Sequence record: DRR378314_578
Length of the DNA stretch: 64,000 bases
Strand: one strand, 5' to 3'
Below, one piece after another: positions 59,001-64,000 of the stretch; positions within the stretch are counted from its first letter, which is position 1; each line of letters starts with the position of its first letter. Made by a program: the position numbers and the translations under genes. The notes under the pieces were generated by a model. That model had not been told where the DNA came from, did no database searches, and saw only the letters and a program-made list of their open reading frames with translations.

Positions 59001-60457
59001 AACCGAAAATTATCGTCGTTGCACAGCAGGACACCATCGAACAATTGATTTCGGAGCACCCCGGAGACATTGATCTTATTATATTCGTAATTGTTGAATT
59101 CAAACTTGTAGATGTCACCTGAAAGTTCCGTGTTCAAGCTTTCCGCCACGAAACCCTTTCCTTCCACGTTCATGTCCATAGAGGCCAGCCCAAGGTCATC
59201 GTTATCGATAAATCCGCCCAAATCAAAATCGATCAAAGAAATAAAACCAATGTAAGAAGCATCCTCAATGGTCTGTACATTGGTCATTTGAAGGTCCACA
59301 TAGCTATCCCCCACCGCAGTATTCAGGTTAACGGTAACATCGATGGAAGTTTCGGTAACCTCTACATCACCCCTAACGGTGAACTGACCGAGCTTTTGAA
59401 CAGATTCGGGAATGTTTCTCCCTAAAATTTTGGGCAAGATACTTCTTAGCTGATAGTAACTGGAGGTAAGGTTATCTACATCTCCCCGAAGAACGAATGG
59501 TGCTTGTTCGCTAAACATATTATCAAACCTAAAATCACCCCGAATACCGGTATTGTCCGTAAAAAGGAACAGGTCATCCACCTGAAGCTGGTTGAGCACC
59601 CCACTGAAATTCCCGGTAAAGGTGACTGTTTTATCCTGGCCGAATTCATCATAAAAAGCATTTATCTCGTTAAGGGAGACGGAAGATTCCGTAAAATTGG
59701 CATCTATTTCCACTAAATTGATGAAATCCGCCAAATCTTCACGTTTATAATTGAACACCAAATTGCCTTTGAGTTCTGATTCATCGGTATCTATCAGTAA
59801 ATCATCAAAACGCATTTGTTGTTTGGTATATTTAAAATCAGTTGCCATTTTCCGCAACCGTATTCCACGCTTTGCCAAGGTGGAGAGGTCATCAATTTTT
59901 AAGGAAACATTGGGGCCAAGGATTTGAAAATCGTGGGACAAAATTTCAATTTCAGAGAAATTCAACACTTTCGGTTTTTCCAAATTCTCATCGATCAACC
60001 TAAACTTCCCACCGTGGATCTGAATCTCGTCCGCGGACATAAAAAAAGGTGGGGTGCCCGGATCTCTGGGTTTTCCATCGTCCAGTTTTGCCACAAAAAC
60101 ATCCAAATTGGTCTCCGTCTCCCCTTCATACGTTTTCAAATTAAAGGTGAGCCCATCCAATTCCATATCACCAAAGGCTATCTTGTTATTGACCATATTG
60201 CGAAGGTTTAGGATGGATGTTGAGAGTTTATGGATATGGATGAGGGTATCTTTTTTGTAGTCCTCCACATAAATACCTTTGATTCCAGCATTTAGATTAA
60301 AAAGAGACGCGCCGATTCGCTCAATTTGAATGTTGGTCCCAAACTTCTCGTTCAACGTATCCGTAGCGTACTTGCCCAATCTGGTCTGAACCGCGGGAAT
60401 GGAAAGTAGCAGCGAACCCAATACCATGATCAAGAGGATGACTAAGAGGATACGCAA
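56006..60457 (-). CDS. tamB: Translocation/assembly module TamB-like protein (AsmA-like, DUF490 C-terminus)
   Basis: 1483 aa, beta-rich, with an N-terminal membrane anchor and P.VQT motif. C-terminal G.I.W..DP..A.LN and YTQGVG. True start may lie slightly upstream. Confidence 0.85.
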   Translation of the reverse strand: MRILLVILLIMVLGSLLLSIPAVQTRLGKYATDTLNEKFGTNIQIERIGASLFNLNAGIKGIYVEDYKKDTLIHIHKLSTSILNLRNMVNNKIAFGDMELDGLTFNLKTYEGETETNLDVFVAKLDDGKPRDPGTPPFFMSADEIQIHGGKFRLIDENLEKPKVLNFSEIEILSHDFQILGPNVSLKIDDLSTLAKRGIRLRKMATDFKYTKQQMRFDDLLIDTDESELKGNLVFNYKREDLADFINLVEIDANFTESSVSLNEINAFYDEFGQDKTVTFTGNFSGVLNQLQVDDLFLFTDNTGIRGDFRFDNMFSEQAPFVLRGDVDNLTSSYYQLRSILPKILGRNIPESVQKLGQFTVRGDVEVTETSIDVTVNLNTAVGDSYVDLQMTNVQTIEDASYIGFISLIDFDLGGFIDNDDLGLASMDMNVEGKGFVAESLNTELSGDIYKFEFNNYEYNKINVSGVLRNQLFDGVLLCNDDNFRFDFQGLANFGARQNKFNFVAAVDYADLKKLNFINDSIAIFRGHVDMDIEGNNLDDMAGQLQFTNTTYQNINDTYYFEDFSVTSSFERDTIRTVEINSPDIITGYMRGHFKVGELGRLLQNSIGSIYTNYQPFKVSDGQYLDFNFKIYNKIVDVFVPEIAFDPNTYIRGSIEADQSDFKLTFKSPSIEAYGNIFDNIELKIDNKNPLFNTFVSVDDMSTVYYDIKDFSLINTTIKDTLFFRTEFKGGSEYNDSYNLNFYHTFNENNRSVIGLKKSDVSFKGNTWVLNKNGNNKNKVIFNSTLDSIRIEDVVMDNNNEEQIRLRGEFADSTYKDIDLQFKLVSLEKITPAIDSLKMNGKVEGFLNILQKDGNYLPTSSLNIQNFSINDMRMGDLEVGIYGNNDLTEFGVSTWLNDDGKERMSLNGRVLNRDNKRELDLQAHFSDFMLDPFKPLGQDIISNIRGVVSGDATITGNVENPSINGLLTLNNAGLGIPYLNVDYDFAPRSQIRLFDQTFYFENMELSDVEEGTTAILDGTISHTGFDDWYLGLDVDTQNNRFMILNTEYDEESLYYGTGFINGTGSIYGPIDAMTISVDATTGAGSSLKIPLSDVTSVGDYSFINFVEKGESGTFEEERVLDEYQGLEMAFDLAVTPDAEVEIVVDQSTGSSLKGTGEGILLIEINTNGKFNMYGDFVVVSGEYNFKYGGVIDKKFKVRPGGTILWERDPLAAQLNLEAVYSLNANPAPLLDNAGYTGRIPTEVVVRLDGELESPNINFGIDFPGTNSVVQSELEYRLQDPTIKERNAFFLLAQGTFVDPQSGGINQQAVTGNLIQTASGLFNQILSGNNDKLNFGVSYEQGYNDPNTDIATEDRIGVTVSTQLSDRILVNGRVGVPVGGVSETVVAGDVEVQVLLNDEGTLSAKIFNRENQIQQFLVERQGYTQGVGLSYQVDFDSFRELMRKVFNKKENPEEEQKPSPRKQPVQVMGKDSLIRFSQKPINLP

Positions 60458-60496
60458 CAGTATTTTACGAAGTTTTTTGATAGGGCTTTTATGTTT

Positions 60497-60504
60497 TACC
60501 TTTG
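60497..60504 (+). promoter_or_regulatory. -7 promoter element for tsaD
   Basis: TACCTTTG matches TAnnTTTG, 25 nt upstream of the GTG. Confidence 0.55.
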
Positions 60505-60529
60505 ATGACCAATTTTTGTTCCAAAACGA

Positions 60530-61558
60530 GTGGAAAATTTAAAAAAATACATACTTGCAATCGAATCATCCTGTGATGACACCTCTGCTGCCGTACTTTG
60601 CGATACAAAAGTACTGAGCAATGTGGTAGCTACCCAAGAAATTCACAAGCAATATGGGGGGGTTGTCCCAGAATTGGCCTCAAGGGCACATCAGCAAAAT
60701 ATTGTTCCCGTGGTACACCAAGCCTTGGCCAAGGCAAATATCGATAAAAAACAACTATCCGCCATAGCATTTACACGTGGCCCTGGACTTATGGGCTCCT
60801 TATTGGTAGGGACTTCTTTTGCCAAGTCGTTGGCATTGGGTCTGGATATACCTTTGATTGAGGTCAACCATATGGAAGCGCATATTTTGGCCCATTTTAT
60901 TGATGATGAAAACCAGGCCGCACCAACATTTCCGTTTTTGGCCATGACCATTAGCGGAGGGCATACACAAATTGTAAAGGTCACAGATCATTTTACTATG
61001 GAAGTATTGGGCGAAACCTTGGATGATGCCGTAGGTGAAGCGTTTGATAAAAGTGCAAAATTGATGGGACTTCCCTATCCCGGAGGACCATTGATAGATA
61101 AATATGCAAAGCTGGGCAACTCGAATGCTTTTGCATTTCCCAAACCAAAAGTGGATGGGCTGAACTTTAGTTTTAGCGGACTCAAAACAAGTATATTGTA
61201 TTTTTTACAGCGCGAAACCAAAAAAAATCCGGATTTTGTTCAGCAGAACATCAATGACATTTGTGCTTCGGTTCAATTTACCATTTTAGAGATTTTAATG
61301 GACAAGCTGCAATTAGCTGTTGACCAGACGGGTATCAAACAGATTGCTATAGGAGGAGGTGTTGCGGCCAATTCCGGAATACGGGAAAGGCTCAGAGATG
61401 CAGAGGAAAAGTTGGGCTGGCAAACCTTTATTCCTAAATTTGAGTATTGCACGGACAACGCCGCAATGATCGGCATTGTTGGTTACCTTAAGTTTAACAA
61501 AGGGATTTTCACCGAGCAAAGTATTGCTGCCAAAGCGCGTTATGCCATAGGCAGCTAA
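60530..61558 (+). CDS. tsaD: tRNA N6-threonylcarbamoyladenosine transferase subunit TsaD
   Basis: IESSCDDT, GGVVPELASRAH, HMEAH, SGGHT, DDAVGEAFDK, FSFSGLKT and CTDNAAMI. Confidence 0.97.
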   Translation: MENLKKYILAIESSCDDTSAAVLCDTKVLSNVVATQEIHKQYGGVVPELASRAHQQNIVPVVHQALAKANIDKKQLSAIAFTRGPGLMGSLLVGTSFAKSLALGLDIPLIEVNHMEAHILAHFIDDENQAAPTFPFLAMTISGGHTQIVKVTDHFTMEVLGETLDDAVGEAFDKSAKLMGLPYPGGPLIDKYAKLGNSNAFAFPKPKVDGLNFSFSGLKTSILYFLQRETKKNPDFVQQNINDICASVQFTILEILMDKLQLAVDQTGIKQIAIGGGVAANSGIRERLRDAEEKLGWQTFIPKFEYCTDNAAMIGIVGYLKFNKGIFTEQSIAAKARYAIGS

Positions 61559-61575
61559 TTATTTAAACCGTAGCT

Positions 61576-62283
61576 ATGCAGCTTTTTTACAATCCAACAT
61601 TGGACAATAGTGCCAAGCAGTTTATTTTTCCTCCGGACGAAAGCAAACACATTGTCAGGGTCCTTAGAAAATCCGAAGGTGACACAGTGCACATTACCAA
61701 CGGCAAAGGATATTTGTTCGAGGCCGAAATTCTCGAAGCCGATCAAAAAAAATGTAGGGCACGTATTACTTCACAACGCAAATCAATTCCAAAAAGATAC
61801 AAACTGCATATGGTGGTCGCTCCAACCAAAATAAACGACCGCTATGAATGGTTCTTGGAAAAAGCCACGGAAATAGGTGTGGATGAGATCACCCCTATAA
61901 TTTGCGATCATTCTGAGCGAAAGACCATCAAATTGGAACGCATGGAACGTGTATTGCAAGCGGCAATGAAACAATCTTTGCAAACCGTGCTACCCCAAAT
62001 AAACCCACCCATTTCTTGCAAGGAGTTTTTGGAACGGGACAATACGGTTGGCTACAGATTTATTGCCCATTGCCAAAATGGTGACAAAATGGAGTTAAAA
62101 CGTAGGGTAATCGCCGACAATGATGCCACCATACTGATTGGTCCCGAAGGTGATTTTTCAAAAGAAGAGATTGATTTGGCCAAGGAAAAAGGCTATGTCC
62201 CTATCTCATTGGGAAGAAATAGGCTCCGCACCGAAACGGCAGCTATCGTGGCATGTACCACAGTAGCCATTATCAACAACTAA
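61576..62283 (+). CDS. rsmE: 16S rRNA m3U1498 methyltransferase
   Basis: H..RVLR, EKATEIGV, IGPEGDFS and LRTETA. Confidence 0.95.
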   Translation: MQLFYNPTLDNSAKQFIFPPDESKHIVRVLRKSEGDTVHITNGKGYLFEAEILEADQKKCRARITSQRKSIPKRYKLHMVVAPTKINDRYEWFLEKATEIGVDEITPIICDHSERKTIKLERMERVLQAAMKQSLQTVLPQINPPISCKEFLERDNTVGYRFIAHCQNGDKMELKRRVIADNDATILIGPEGDFSKEEIDLAKEKGYVPISLGRNRLRTETAAIVACTTVAIINN

Positions 62284-62347
62284 AACGGTCAACACATCAT
62301 TTTTACAAATGATTATCCTATTTTTAATGTCGGTTAACTGCACCCAG

Positions 62348-62998
62348 ATGAAAAACAACATCCTTTTTATAGTTGTGCCGCTCTTTTTTGCAATAACGGC
62401 AACAAATGCGCAGCAAATTGCCATACTCAAATATGGTGGAGGTGGCGATTGGTATTCTAATCCAACGGCCTTGCCCAACCTGATTCAGTTTTGCAACAGC
62501 AATATCGATACCAAGATCAACCCGGAGCCGGAAACTGTGGAAGCCGGGAGTGTTTCTATTTTCAAATATCCTTTCTTGCATATGACAGGGCACGGCAATG
62601 TTTTTTTTAATGATGAAGAAGTTCTAAATCTGAGGACATATCTTTTATCGGGCGGCTTTTTGCATATTGATGACAATTACGGCATGGAACCCTATCTAAA
62701 AAGAGAATTGGAAAAAATATTTCCCGACAAGCCACTCGAAGAGCTGGGCGCCGACCATCCCATATTTTCGCAAAAGTTCAGCTTTCCCGATGGACTGCCA
62801 AAAATTCACGAACACGATGGAAAACGACCCCAGGCCTTTGGTATTTTTGACCAAGGTAGACTGGTGTTGCTCTACACCTACGAATGTGACCTTGGAGATG
62901 GTTGGGAAGACCCTACGGTGCACAACGACCCCGAGGAGGTACGGTTACAAGCGCTGCAAATGGGTGCCAATATTGTGCAATATGCATTTAAAAGTTAA
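62348..62998 (+). CDS. DUF4159 domain protein
   Basis: Probable start MKNNIL at 62348 with a signal peptide. KY.GGGDWY.NP, MTGHG, GGFL.IDDNYG and DLGDGWED. Confidence 0.8.
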   Translation: MKNNILFIVVPLFFAITATNAQQIAILKYGGGGDWYSNPTALPNLIQFCNSNIDTKINPEPETVEAGSVSIFKYPFLHMTGHGNVFFNDEEVLNLRTYLLSGGFLHIDDNYGMEPYLKRELEKIFPDKPLEELGADHPIFSQKFSFPDGLPKIHEHDGKRPQAFGIFDQGRLVLLYTYECDLGDGWEDPTVHNDPEEVRLQALQMGANIVQYAFKS

Positions 62999-63001
62999 TC
63001 G

Positions 63002-64000
63002 ATGAACGCAAAAACAATTGCCAACGGAATATTGAGGGCCATAGCCATACTGGCAGGGGTAGTACTTCTATGCTGGTTTTTTTACAAAATACAATCGGTA
63101 CTCGCCTATTTGGTCATTGCGGCCGTTTTAGCTTTGCTGGGAAGGCCCGTTGTGTTGTTTTTACGAAGAAGACTTAAATTTCCCAATACCTTGGCAGTTG
63201 TGGCCACTATGCTGTTTATGTTATCTATATTTTTAGGCATTCTGGCACTTTTGATCCCGCTGGTAGCAGAACAGAGCAAGAATCTATCTTTGTTGGACAT
63301 CGAAGCGCTTAAAGGTGATTTGAATACGCTCTACATCCAAACTTTGGAATACTTTGGAGCCTCCACCGGAAACGTCAATAATTTGTTGAGCGAATCCAAG
63401 ATCGAGGAAAATATGTTGAAAGGATTGGACTTGCGCTTTATACCCGACTTCCTAAATTCAATTGTCAACACTTTGAGTAATTTTAGTGTCGGCCTTTTCT
63501 CCGTAATCTTTATTTCGTTTTTCTTTTTGAAGGATAGTAAATTGATGCAAAATGGAATCTTGACCTTTGTTCCGAATAACAAAGAAAGCAACTTGGTAAA
63601 GTCCATTGATAAAATCAATAATCTGCTCGCCAGATACTTTGCCGGAATCTTGTTGCAACTTTTTATTCTCTTCGTAATTTACACGATTTCATTATTCGTT
63701 GTAGGGGTAGAAAATGCCATTGTAATTGCGTTCCTCTGCGCACTCTTCAACATCATTCCGTACATAGGCCCGATCATCGGTGGAGTAACTATGATCACCT
63801 TAACCATGACCAGTTTTATAGATTCTGATTTCAGCACCGTGATTCTACCCAAGGCCCTGTATGTTTTTATAGGTCTGACGGTGGGGCAATTGATCGATAA
63901 TTTCTTTTCCCAACCCTTGATTTTTTCGAAAAGTGTTAAATCCCATCCTTTGGAAATTTTCTTGGTCATCATTATTGCAGGGCTACTTTTTGGGGTGGTG
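63002..64000 (+). CDS. AI-2E family transporter (runs off the window end)
   Basis: Own translation from ATG 63002 reads MNAKTIANGILRAIAILAG.., continuing to NIIPYIGP, QLIDNFFSQP and SHPLEIF. Missing from the ORF track because no stop falls in the window. Confidence 0.88.
   Translation, partial: MNAKTIANGILRAIAILAGVVLLCWFFYKIQSVLAYLVIAAVLALLGRPVVLFLRRRLKFPNTLAVVATMLFMLSIFLGILALLIPLVAEQSKNLSLLDIEALKGDLNTLYIQTLEYFGASTGNVNNLLSESKIEENMLKGLDLRFIPDFLNSIVNTLSNFSVGLFSVIFISFFFLKDSKLMQNGILTFVPNNKESNLVKSIDKINNLLARYFAGILLQLFILFVIYTISLFVVGVENAIVIAFLCALFNIIPYIGPIIGGVTMITLTMTSFIDSDFSTVILPKALYVFIGLTVGQLIDNFFSQPLIFSKSVKSHPLEIFLVIIIAGLLFGVV

Overview
Chromosomal window of a Bacteroidota bacterium. Gene content, TAnnTTTG-type promoters and lipoprotein signals point to a Flavobacteriaceae member (inference). 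It has three parts. (1) 0.1-7.6 kb: secreted and uncharacterised proteins, an M1 aminopeptidase lipoprotein and an OmpR-type two-component system, followed by a probable unannotated small RNA. (2) About 7.9-40 kb: a visibly AT-richer Wzy-dependent exo/capsular polysaccharide locus. It holds PHP phosphatase/Wzc/Wza, a PglF/E/D/C-like bacillosamine pathway, UDP-GlcA/GalA supply, four GT4s, a flippase, a polymerase and a surface lyase-like lipoprotein. It also has an unusually rich set of tailoring enzymes: amidotransferase, acyltransferases, formyltransferase, PLP enzyme, GNAT, ATP-grasp, and a carbamoyltransferase-MBOAT-SGNH operon. (3) 40-64 kb: core genes (bshA, GH3/beta-lactamase-fold fusion, split Fe-S oxidoreductase, MlaD, amidase, LptD-like, ridA, sugar kinase, gap, pfkA, tamB, tsaD, rsmE, DUF4159, AI-2E). 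No rRNA, tRNA, CRISPR array, transposase or prophage gene was recognised. The best leads are a possible carbamoyl trans-membrane relay, an uncharacterised formyl/PLP/GNAT/ATP-grasp glycan-decoration cassette, a shared 20-22 bp-periodic regulatory motif across the locus, and a TCS-linked orphan sRNA. All functional calls come from motif recognition by eye; no searches were run.
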